A stretch of DNA of 56,973 nucleotides. Source: a virus (taxonomy: Duplodnaviria > Caudoviricetes). Of the stretch, positions 1 through 12,600 are shown in pieces. The translations under genes and the position numbers were made by a program. The stretch is from positions 1 to 56,973 of the IMG/VR virus record IMGVR_UViG_3300025120_000061. One strand, given 5' to 3'. Within the stretch, counting starts at the first letter, position 1, and each line of letters starts with the position of its first letter. Below the pieces are notes generated by a model that saw nothing but the letters and a program-made list of their open reading frames with translations, made no database searches and was not told the origin of the DNA.

Positions 1-570
1 ATCCCAGGTTAAAACGTGGTTAGTTGTTGGTGTGCCTGTGTAGTCTACATTGCCTAAATCATTTAAAGGAGCGGCAGCAATACGAGCATCTGCTCTTGCA
101 TCTGTATAATACAAGTTTGTTTGTTCCGGCAAGTCTGCTGTGCTAACTTGATTTGAACCAGTACCAAAGTCAATCATTGTGTCTTTGATTTGGTCGTTAC
201 CAATACTAATCGCTCCACTTGAAACTGTAATACCAGCACCTGCGCTAATATGAGCTCTTACTTCTGCTGCACTCGGACCAGTGTATGTAATTACACCTGT
301 ACTACTATTGTATGCTAGGCTTCCATCGCCACCAGCATCAGTTACACTAATACTAGCTCTAGCTCTTGCATCTGTATAATACAAGTTAGTATTCTCCGTA
401 ATATTTGCAGTTGTAATTGTTACTGCATTACTAGTTGGACTAACTCCATTAACTGTTTTTACATAGGCGCCTTCAATTGTAGTGGTACGTCCATCTAGGT
501 CGGTAAAGTTGCCGTCCAATTGGGTATGTGTGAGTGCAGTACTTTTACTTGCTCTTAGTGTAATTGTCAT
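1..570 (-). CDS. Fibre-like virion protein, partial (3' end runs off the window); not in the ORF track
   Basis: Manual translation from the ATG at 570 (MTITLRASKSTALTHTQLDGNFTDLDGR...) is open for 190 codons to position 1. GGAG SD and TAAATA (596-601) lie upstream. Two NLYYTDARA repeats; GSLAYNSSTGVITYTGP motif shared with 37451..38212. Confidence 0.75.
   Translation of the reverse strand, partial: MTITLRASKSTALTHTQLDGNFTDLDGRTTTIEGAYVKTVNGVSPTSNAVTITTANITENTNLYYTDARARASISVTDAGGDGSLAYNSSTGVITYTGPSAAEVRAHISAGAGITVSSGAISIGNDQIKDTMIDFGTGSNQVSTADLPEQTNLYYTDARADARIAAAPLNDLGNVDYTGTPTTNHVLTWD
92..387. repeat. 26-bp exact direct repeat (92-117 and 362-387) encoding NLYYTDARA
   Basis: gctcttgcatctgtataatacaagtt is present at both positions. 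Confidence 0.9.
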
Positions 571-608
571 TCTTTAAACTCCGCGCCTGTTACAATATTT
601 ATCAACCA

Positions 609-3600
609 TTAAAACAGTCTCTCGACATAGTCATCGTCGACGTAGTTATCTTCCACGTATTCTGCTGCATTTAGTTCTGCTTTATAGTTTGGTACTTGTG
701 CTTGACATGCTTTCAAGAAGTTAGCATTTGTTGTTGAACTTTGTTGTAAACCAAGTCCATCTGCGGCTACTCCTGATCCTAAATCATACCATGTCTTTGT
801 ATGTGTATCTGCTGCAGGCAAATATTGATCTTTACCTCCATCTACTACTAAGAAGCCAGGGACAACACGATTTAGTATTGGTGTACCGCCTGTTCCTCTG
901 CGCAAGCCAGTTATATAGTTGTCTGTTGTGTTAATTTCCCAGTAAGTTACACGTTCTGCACCCACAAACACAACACCCGGGTACTCACTATTAACATCTA
1001 CTTGAGGTAGAACGCTTGCATCTTTGACATAAATCTTTGTGTCTGTTAAAAGAACATCTGTGGCAATTTCTGTAGTAGCATCTTTACACATTCTCAAATA
1101 TTCAACAGTGCCATTCATGTCTTGGAAGATTCTAAATCCAGTGCTTGGCTGTATTTGATTCTCAATAATATGTGTAATTACAACAACACTTGTACCACTA
1201 ATAGTTGCTTGTATTTGAGTACTCATTACTATTTCTGCACCATTAGTAATATAATCACCTGGATGTAGTCTTACGCCATTTACTGTTACCCAGAAGTTGT
1301 TAACATTAGTTACAGTTCTATCTAGGTCGTATGTACCAACTGTGCCTGAAACTACACTACGATCAAATCCAGCAGTGTCAAAATTAACTTCGTCAAATTC
1401 GTCAATGACTGTGGTTGAGCCTGTGCCTTGTCCAACATGTACTTTTGTTTGTATACGCAATGGATCATGATTAGCAAACGTGTTGACACGCATTGTGCTT
1501 GAACTTGAAAAACTTACACTGCCATCAATAGTAATCTCTTGCCCGTCACCACTGATGCTATACTCTGCACTTGCACGGTTGTATACAATAACTGTATCAC
1601 CATCAGCCGGTGCTGTGGTCATTGTAATAAATGCAACGCCTGCTGTTGCAGTGTAATCAATATTACGAACTGCATTAAGTGTTGTATTTGTGCTTTGTTG
1701 TATAACTGCAACACCAATATCGCCTGGATTAACAATTGTTGTTTCACCAGCAGTTGTTGAAATATTAAACTGCGTAGTTGATCCATCACCTGAATGATAC
1801 TTGCTGTTTGCCGGACGCAATCTTACGCCATCGATTTCAACAATTGTATTTGCATCTAGTGGCTGTGCATAGTTTACAGTGTTAGTTAAACTGTAGGTAT
1901 AAGTGCCTGCTGAGAGTGTTGTTGTTTGCAGTTTGTATTTGCTTGGTGCATCTCTACTTGTTGCTTGATTAAATGTAAACACATGAATTTGCGCATCTGC
2001 TGCTGGTGCAGTAGCAAATGTCATAGTAGTTTTTCCATCTGACGCTGCAAATACTGGACTAGTTTCTACACCATTAACAAACACAAGACTTTGTAAAACG
2101 TTACTAGGATCGTTAGCAAGGATGAATATCTCTTGTATTCCATCGCCCTCAAAAGTAAACTCGCCTACCATTTTTTCACCAGTTTGTCCGTATGCATAAA
2201 CATGTAATATGTCTGTTACACTAAGCGGACTACTAAGCGTGATAGTTTTTGTTTTAAAGTTTGTTGTGAAATTGTATTCACGCACTGCGTTTCTGTAAAC
2301 AATTAATGTATTGTAATCATCTGCACTCTTGTCTGTTCTTCCATAATTAAAATCTGTAACCACCCCAGTTGCATCAGTAAAACTGACATAGCGAATTTCC
2401 ATTGCATTGCCATCACCTTCATAATCATGACTTGCGTGACTGTATACTTCCATGTCAAGTGTGTCATATACTCTGCCTGGTACTAGTTCTTCTGGAGCAT
2501 GACTGTTATAGGTATCAACAAATCCAGCACCATCAATATTAATATCTTCTGGGCGTGTGCCTAGTGCTAGGTCTGTAAACAAACTAGTAATAGTAGTGTC
2601 AAGTCCTGCTAGAACTGCAAGTCCGTCACTGTCAATCTCAAAGTTATCAAACGCAATAACATCAAAGTTGCCACTGTCAAAGCCAGGGTCTTGGTCAAAG
2701 TTAGGACCATCAATTTTAGTACCTAAATATCCTGTTCCTTTTTGTAGTTGCTCTAAATCATCACCAATCATTCCATCGACTGGGTAGTAGTAAGCAGCAA
2801 TTCTGTCTGCAGTATTTGTAAAATCCGCATCATCTTTAACTGTTAATACAGGAGTACCACTAGCGTTTTCTACACTGAATGTTGCACCACTTGTAAATGA
2901 TACTACACAATCATATACTTCTTGTTTACCAATTACAGTATTTTGATAAGAAATTACATCTCCTGCTGTATATGCAGTGCTTGCTGCCCAATCTTTAACG
3001 CTACTTGTGTATGTAATACGGTCAAACTTAATAGTTGTATCAAAACTTCTTACTGTTGTGTTTACAAGTCTTGGACTTACTAGTATACCTGTTCCGCTGC
3101 CTGTGATAGTGATAGTTGGCTCCGCGGTATACCCGCTGCCTTTGTTTGTCATTGTAATACTAATAATAGAACTACCATTTGTCTTAGCGACTGCAACTGC
3201 TTGTACTCCACCTGCTAGTTGCGGTGCACTAATTGTTACTGTTGGATCAGTAATATACCCAGTGCCTGCACTTACAACCTGGATGCTGTTCAGAATATAA
3301 CCATAGTTCTCACTCCAAGGCTTGTTAAGGCCTTGTGTTTGTAATATTTCATCTCCACTACGCTCGCCGCTTGGCTTACGGAAGTAGCGCAAACTTTCAT
3401 CATAATAAGTATGCACATCAAAGTCTGTGGTATCACTTCCATATGTGTCCACCTTATCATACTTGCTTACATACTCACGAATCTTAGTTTTGTATGGTTT
3501 TACTTCGTTAATAAAGTCTTCAATGAAGTTTGTGTTATCAAACTTAAATGTATTGTACTGATCTAAACTACGAATCTTATGTGCAACTGTAATAAATGAT

Positions 3601-6600
3601 GTCTTAAACAACCAGTCTTGACTAAAATTATTTTCGTTAAGTGCATACTCCATCAAGCGGAAGAACAGTTCGTTCATGTTAATTTCGTAATCACCAACAA
3701 ATACATCTGTTTTTAATGCTTCAACAATCTGTCTTATCTCTTGTGCAGGCACTTTGTCAAATGCAGTAAAGTCAAATCCGTCATTATCAAAACCTGTTGC
3801 TTCAAAGTTGCTATTTGTTGTTGCAAAACTATACAGACTTGCGTTCAACTGCAGTGTGCCGCGTTCAATAATAACTTCATCCCAGCCTGTGTCGGTCTTA
3901 GCAAACATACTGAAGTTGCCTTCATCATTGCTGGTTACTTTAGCAATGTCGCCTGTCACTGCACTGGTAAGTGTAAGCAGGTCTGCTTCCAGTGTGACTT
4001 GATAAGCAGGCACTGTAGTTGCATCATAACCTGTTGCAAAATATGTTGCATAGTCCCAATAGTCTGATGTATTATAACCCTGAATATTTGATAACAGCCA
4101 ACTCTTGTCTGCCTGCAATGTATAAATGGTCCAGTAATCACTTTGGTTTTCATCTTCTAGAACTAGTACTTTATATCCTGTGCTTAAGATAGCAGTGTTA
4201 AGGAAATCTCTTTCCTGACTTGAATCAACAGTGATGTTATATTCACCACTGTTAACTGTAGGAATATTCTCACTGCTTAGTAGTTTTGTCAGGCTTGAGT
4301 TTCTAGCAAATGGTGCTTTTACGAGAACACTGTTTGTATACTGTGTTAGAACTTTAAGTGCTGCGGCACGGTTAACAAACATGCCTTGACGCGGTTGTGT
4401 AAGTACTCCGTACTTTTCAACTTCACTTAGGAATGGATCCGGGACAGGATTTCCTACACTGTCACTACCTGCTAAACTGTCAACAAGTTTTGTATACATT
4501 CTTGCTGGGATATCCTGATCAGTATTACCTCTGCCATATAGCTCAAACTCGCTATGCAGTATGCCCTCGTTTTTAACAACGTCATAGTTAATGCTTAATA
4601 CAACATCTTTGTCTGCAAAGTATTGTTTACAGTTAAAGAGCGCAACTGCATCTGTGTCTAAGAACGCAACGTGCGGTAAGCCTGCTGCTTTAGGATCTTC
4701 TATAAGACTACGCACACTGTCTGCACTGATAGTTCTAAACTCTGCATCACTAGGAACACTTGTAATGTCCTTAACCCAGAAGTAGTAGCGAGGCTGTGTG
4801 CTGTCTGTTTTACTTTCATATACATTTGCTATGTTAAACTGTGTAATATCTTTAACTGTGCCTTCGCCAGTATACTGACTTGGAGGAGTTGTGCTTTCAA
4901 TCCATTCGTAAACATCAATGCTGCTTCCAGGAAATGCTTGCGCCCAATAGTTTGTGCGGAAATTAATATTACCCTGTTCTGCATTTAGATAATGCACAGT
5001 GCTTGTATCCCACCAGAGTCTATTTTTGTATTTGTAGTTCCAAAGATTGTTGTACATTGCAGGATCTGCATGACTTACATAACTAAGTTCTGCACTTGCT
5101 ACCCCTGCAATCTTGCCTTTTGCTGGATCAATATAATCAAGGAAAACTTTAACTTCGCCGTCACGTTTGTTATAAAGTGCAACACGGTTAATTTGACTTA
5201 CGTCAACTCTTGTGCCTTCACTGCGTAGTACATTCCAACTGCCTGCTCTTGTATTGTTGTTAAACTCATATACACTTCCACTATTGTTATAAGTTGTAGT
5301 GCCGCTGGTTGTTGTATCGTTAGGCGCACCGACAAATATTCTGTTGTCATTGTATACAACTGCGCTGCCAAATTGATCTAATTCAAGAATGTTTGTGCTT
5401 TTAAGTTGCTGACCGAACACCATCTTACTTGGGTCTACGATGGTTGGAGCATTTGGATTTAGTAATTCGTAGGCATATACTGCGCCACTTTGTGTACGTC
5501 TATCAGTAAATGTTGTACCGCTTTGATCAAACGTTGTTGTTGCACTAAGATAGTTTTCACTGTTTGTATTTGTTTCGATGTCAAAACCTGTTGCAAGCAT
5601 TGTACTTGCTTTATCACTGGCAATAACAAGATTGCGTGTATCCGAATATGCGCTTGCACTATTATGAACATGTTTGTCAAATGCAACTTTTTCACCAAAG
5701 TTTTCATTTTCAAATGCCTGCGGATGACTAATTTTTTGTGTTAGTTTAAACGGATCAACAACTGCTCCACTTTGGAAACTTGTTCCCGTGCCTGGCATAA
5801 CGCTTAGTTTATTGTAAAGTTCTGTATTGGTTGTTGTAATAACAAGTTGATCAGCACTGTTTTTACTTGCAGTTACACCTGGGATATTTGCTGCAATAAT
5901 ATCTGCTGCTAGGTCTGCAGGATCTGTGCTTGAACTACTTGCTGTTACTTCACGATCATCAATGAACAATGTGTGTCCGCTTGTAATGCTATAAGTACCA
6001 CCTTGTTTACTAGTCACACTAGCATAGTTTTTGCCTGCGTCCTGTAGAATGAATACGCTGCCTGTGTTAGGATTTGTTTCATCTTCGCCAGGACTACCGA
6101 TAGCAATAACACTGCCTTTAGTATCAATACCGACACTAATGCCAAACTGCTCTTCGCCATTGGTCTCATCATCCAGATCCAACTGATCAATCTGCTGCAT
6201 CTGCGTAAATGTACCTGTGTACACTTGAATTATGTCACCTGCTGCAGGTGTAGTTTTGAAAGTTATAGTTTTACTTGCACGAGTATAAAATCCATCAGTT
6301 GATCCATCATTGTCCACTGGAACATCAGTATTATTTGTTTCAATTTGTAATACACCGTTTATTTCAACGTAAATTTTTGTTTGCAATGTGTTAGTTGTTG
6401 TAAATGCTTTTGCTGTGCCATCCGCAATAAACTTCTCAACATACTGCGCATAAAGATATGCTTCACCACTGTTTGCTTTGGCACTAATAGTTGCATTTGG
6501 CGCACCAACAATTACTCGTTTACCTGTGTAATCACAATCAATGCTGTGTCCAAAGGCACCACTGCCTGCTGTGTAATTACCAATTTCTCTGAAGTAATCC

Positions 6601-9600
6601 TGTTGTCTTACAACAACTTGTAGTGTGTTTGCTGGCGCACTACCAAATGTTATTACAGCACCACTTAGTGTAAAGTCTTTTGTTGGCAAATATACTTTGC
6701 CATTGCCATCCACAACATTAAGTGCAGAAATATTGACTGGTGTAAAGTCTAGTGTAAACCCAGTAGCACTTCCATTTCCAGTAAGAGTAAATGTTCTTTC
6801 ATTTGCAGCAACTAGATCAATAAGCGTATATACATATATTTTATTATCGCCTGGTGCACCAATAAACAAATATCTGCCATTGCCGCTCATTGCCATACTA
6901 AAACCAAATTTGTGACTAGAACCTAGTCCGCTTGGACGTATTGCTGGTCTGCGGTTAAATGTTCCTATGCTGTCTATGTAATAAGGGAACGCAGCACCTT
7001 TGCCACTCTCTGTATCAGGAGCACCTACGATTGCATAGTCTGTAGCAATTGCTAGACTAGCACCAAAACTATCCAAACTGTCGCCGATTGTTGCTGCACT
7101 TATGTTATTACCTTCAAGAAGTATGCCGCTTTCACTGCGCACATAGGGCACAATAGTGCCGCTTCCGTTTGCAGGAGCACCTACAAGTGCTAGTGTACTT
7201 GCACTATTAATAGCAATGCTGTTACCATATAGGTCATCTGCATTAATAGGACTTGCTTCTTTAACACCAGTTGTTGTCCACGGGCGAGCATTTTGTAGCA
7301 CTTGCCAATCGCCGTCATTATCCTTGTCTATCCAAACTAGTTCTTTACTGTCCCATCCACTTACAGGTGTGTATGTACTAAGATCACTTGGTTGTGCAAA
7401 ACGTACACTACTAAGTTTATACATTGGAATACGCACATCCTGTATGTCTACTTCTGTATTTGCATCTACAACTGTAAACTTGTTTGGACTACTAACTTCA
7501 TAAATTTTAGCAACTTTGCCAATTGGTTGTGCTGCGCGGACAATAACATAGTCGTCTGCTACAAGTCCATGATTACGATCTGTGGTGTATATTAAGTAGC
7601 CGTTTCCTGTGCTTTCAACACTGATCACTGTGCTTAGTGTTTCATCAATTCTACGCATACCCCAGGTATTTGTAGCATCAGTTGCAACCCAAATCTTTTT
7701 ACCTTTACCAAGTTCGTCAATGCGTGAACTTAGTGCTTCCAGATCATCATTGCTAAACACTGTAAAGTCAACATCATCTAATCTTGCGTAACCTGCACTG
7801 TCTAAATCATTCAGTGTTAAACTGCTTGAATTTCTTGTAGCAAATACACTGCCAGTATAGTTGTTAGGTGTTTTATAAAGATCTTTTTCCTGCACATGGT
7901 AATGACCAAGAGTGTCTGGTTTTGACTCTCCATCAGCATGATAGTGCAAAACAAACGGATTGTTTGTTGCTTGATCTTCTGGTATGATTGTTTCAATAAT
8001 TTGATTACTATCAATACTGCCAAACTCTCCAACACGGAAAGCCCACTCTTCAAAGTAGTCAATGCTTTGATCCAAATTGGAAAGTTCTGCATCAATAAGT
8101 TTGTTAATTGCTGCACCAGTGCCTTTTTGCTTTAGCATGCCCTGGTAGAATTTTACTTGACTAACATCGTCCAGCCCCAATCCTTGCAAATAATCTTTGT
8201 TATTAAATCCAATAGTACCTTTGCCTAGTTTGTCAACTCCATCTTCTAGATTTAAGTTGTCAATTTCAAAGAAGTTTTTGAAACTGTTTGCTTTGTTAGT
8301 TAAATTCTTAACAAGTCCAGTTGTAATATTATCTGCAACTGTCCAGTCGTTGTAGTCAAATATTGCACTAGCATCAACACTATATTTTGCTACATAGTTT
8401 TTACCTTGATAACTTACAATGTCACCTTTTTTGTAATCTGTATAGGTAAGCCAAATATTAATCTTATCTTCATTAATAAAGAAGCCTGGTGCATGCAGTG
8501 TACCATTCCAATCTCCGCTCTTTGCGCCAATTAGTTTTAGTCTGCTATGTCTGTTGCCAAGCTCTGGCTGAAAGATGACATCATTAAAGATTGTTGTATT
8601 ATTAAACACAAGAACATGTTCGTATTGAATAGGATCAATTTGCACACTATATAGTTGCGTATTATCTGTGTCAACTCTAATTTCCGTCACATTATCGATT
8701 CTACTCACATCGTAATATTTTGGATTAATGATACTACCGTTTGCATCTTTTAGTGCGCCGCCATTCGTTAGATCATCTGCAGTCGCATACGCTCTATTAA
8801 CTGTTAGCAGATCACTGAACGGGCTTACCACAATTACACTATCAACTGTCCATTTTTGATTTGTCCAGAATGCAAATTCTTTCCCTGAACTTACAAAATC
8901 GTTCTTTTCACCTGTACCAGTTGTTCCATCAAATACAAAGCCTCGACTCTGCAAATATCTTTGATAACTTACTAGGAAATCAAACACCTGTTGTTTGTTT
9001 GTGATAACTGTGCCGTACGGAATGTTTACTATCTTATTGTCAAAGTCGGTGTATTCAAAGTAAACGTCTTCGCCTACAACAACACGATTAGGTTCTGTAC
9101 CAGTTGAACTTGGAACAATCTTAAAGAATGGATTTTCAATATCATAACCCTGTATTTCATAACCGTCACTGCGCTGAATAATCTGCACACCACTGTATAC
9201 TACACGCTCTAGTGGCAAACTCTTTTTAGTATAGACACTTAAATCTTCATCAGGTATGAAGATGTTTTCACTTTGGCTGCTAGGTGTTACACTTTCTGCA
9301 ACAACTTTGAGAAACTTTTTATCAGTGAAGCCAGCCATACCGTAGCACAAGTTAAGCTCTAGGTTATTAATCTTTGTAATTTCATCATCAATACTATAGC
9401 CATTGAACCTAATGAACTCACTGATAAACTGGTTATAACCTTCAACTCTAAGTATGTCACTGTTGCCATTACTTTGTCCGTGCATTTTATAGTCAGCAAT
9501 GCTAGGTCTATAACTCTTATTCTTTTGCAATATCTGATCGTATTGTGTATTGTTTTCATACATGTTTGTATCAAACATTAGTGTACCATACATTGCAGGT

Positions 9601-12600
9601 TTAATTGTACTAGCTAGAATTTGTAACACAAACGGATATTCGCTACTGCGTCTCCATGCTGTTTCTGCTGGGCTACCATCACTGTATACCCAGTCGTCGT
9701 CTACATTTGTTTGGTATGCATCTTGCACCAAGAAATCTTTTGGTGCTTTCAAGTTTCCTTGTTCATCAACTGGAATAATGCTTAGTAGAGCTGGACGTTG
9801 ACGTCTTGTTTCAGTAGTGTATGTTGTACTTGATGTATCACTATATAACTTGCCGTCTCGAAGATCTTCCCAAAGCACAGTGTTACCCGCTGTATAAGGT
9901 GCTACACCATAACGTGCATCCCACCAGTTTGGCTTATCACTAAGTCCTAGCATTTCCCAAGGTGTAGTATGAGGTGTATCTGTATCATAGAACCAACGAT
10001 ATATATTACGCCAGTATCCAGGAAGTCTTGTCTTAGTTATTTTTTCAACGCTATTACGATAATTCCATGTAAAGCCATTGTTAGCATCAACAGTTGTGTT
10101 AGGTGCTGTCTTTACTTTATTGCGCAGTGCCCACTCGCCGTAGTAACTGCGACTAATGTTATTTGATTCGCTGAGATCAGAAAGTGTGCTACGGAAGTAA
10201 CCTGGAACAACATCTGCATAATCAAACAAATCTTTGCTGTACTGTGTCTTAATGTTATTGTAGATGCGTTTTTCTAGTTCTAGTAAAACATTGTCTCTTA
10301 TATCGCCCCAGCCAACCCAAATGCTGCCGTCATGTCCTTCTACAACTGTTTTAGGTGTAGCGTATGTCGAGTCTGTGAAGATAGCAGGTGTAAACTTGTA
10401 CCACAATCCCATTTTACTTGGCGTTGGTGGAACAAAACTGCCGTTAGTTTCTGTGTATTCTACAATAGTAACTTTGTCATCTACGTTCAATCCAACTGTT
10501 GCGACACCAAGATTAGTTGTTGTAAGTGTTACTTTTGCTTCTACTGTATCGAATGCATAGTCTTTGCCTTCAACAAGAAGATCAGCAACACCAGTACTAA
10601 CAGGTGTGTGATAAACTAGCACTCCTTGGTTACTGATTGCAGTTAAGTCAAACTGTGTGTTAAATTCAAATTCTGTTTCTGTAGCGTCATCAATGGTATA
10701 AACCAGCTGTGACTTTTGTGTGCCCCATGGTAGCATATCACTGTAGTAGAAAGGAAACGCACTGGTTTTCTTTCCTGCCATGTGTGTTAAAATATCATCT
10801 ACACATTTACTAGGATTTGTTAAATCTAAATCTAGTTTATTAATGTTGTCAATGAACTTGTTTTTAAACTTTGTATATTCATTTTTAACATACTTGATAC
10901 TATCAATTGTATTTGCTGTTTTATTAGTTAGTGCATACATAGGCAGTATCATGCCTGCACTGTGCTGCAAAATATTACCATGATATGCTCTGTAGTTCAC
11001 ATCACGAATATTACTCTTACCAGGAGCAACGCCTGCAAATGTCTTAATTTGCTGACTTATGTCAAGAGTGTGATTACGCATTTGTCCCAGTGTAAGTGTA
11101 TCAAATGTTGCATTACCTGCATTACGTTCTAGATTATCTGGAACTTCATAGAAACTATCTATTGCTTTAGTATTACTAACAAACTTGATAGTTACAACAT
11201 CATTTACAGCCAGTGCAGTTGTGAATACAACATACTCTCTTTCATACTGAACAAGATGTGTATATTCACTAGGATATTTAAACTTGCCATTTACAAATAC
11301 TTGCAAGGGTTGCCTAACTTTAGTTGTATCAACACTTGCGCCAATTTCAAAACTATAAAGTTCATTTATTACATCATAACTTACAACTTGGTATTGTGTG
11401 CTATGTTCAACTGTTTTAGTCCAGCCGTTATATAGTACTCTGTTACCCGCGATGTCAAATTGGTGTGCATGTCCACTGCGCACAATAACATTGGTATTGC
11501 CTGTGCTTTTTGTATACTGGAACTTGTCACTATCAAAATTATTGTCAAAAACAATATCACCCAGTGTGTTAAAGTTTCTATAGGTTAGTCCGAAGTTTAA
11601 AACTGTGTCCGGATTTGCGTTATTATTGCGCTTGTAACTGAATAACTTACTTCCAACAAAATTACTACTTGGATACTTTGTTGTATCACTAAAACTTGTA
11701 TGATCCGGATCAAAGACGTCAAACAATGGGTCTTGGTTAAGTGCTGTCTTCTGCTGTGCTTGTGTCCATGTAGTGCCGTTTAGCCAATATTGTTTACCTT
11801 GATTGTTTGAACCTAGTGTACTTAACACGCAGTTGCCATCAACTACTGTGCCTATAGCAACTAGATTGATAATTTCACTAGTTGTTGCGTCACTGTCTTG
11901 GTCAATTATGTCTACACGATAAATTTTATTTCTAGTATCTGCATCTGTGTCTGCGCTAAAAATAACTGTGTTATCTTGTTGTAAATCAATACCATCAGCA
12001 AAGTAACCCAATGTGCCATTAACATTGCTTAGTGCATCTACTTGTGTTGTATCCACTACTGTTACTGGAGTAACACTGCTTGTTCCCATGTTGAACAGTT
12101 CTAGTCCACTGTGGAATTCTACGATAGGACGCTTTGCTCTTGCAGCATCATCAATATCTGCAGTGAAGCTGTTATACGTTGCAGTTGCTTCAATAACTTC
12201 TCTGTGGAACCAACGGTTGCCGCGACTCCACGCATTTCTGTCTGAACTACTGCGATTAACAACAATATAATCCTGATCTATAGGAGCATTTAGTGTGCCA
12301 TCCCAGCCGCCTGCATCGTATGCTACAGTATCGAATCCATCACTAGTACTGTTAGTATAAGTTTCCGGAGTAAGCATTTCATCTACAGGTGTAAGTGTAA
12401 TACCCTGAGGTTGACCTACACCTTCAACAAAATATTCTCTGTCTGCATAGGTGCTTGGTGTGATGTCGCTGTTGAATTCAACTTTTAAACCGTTAGTAAA
12501 CTTAACGCTGTTAGCACTAGTAAAAGTTTGTTTACCTAGTATATCATTTTCAACATCAATTGCTGGAACCACGTCAACATCTACAAGTTGAATTTTGCCA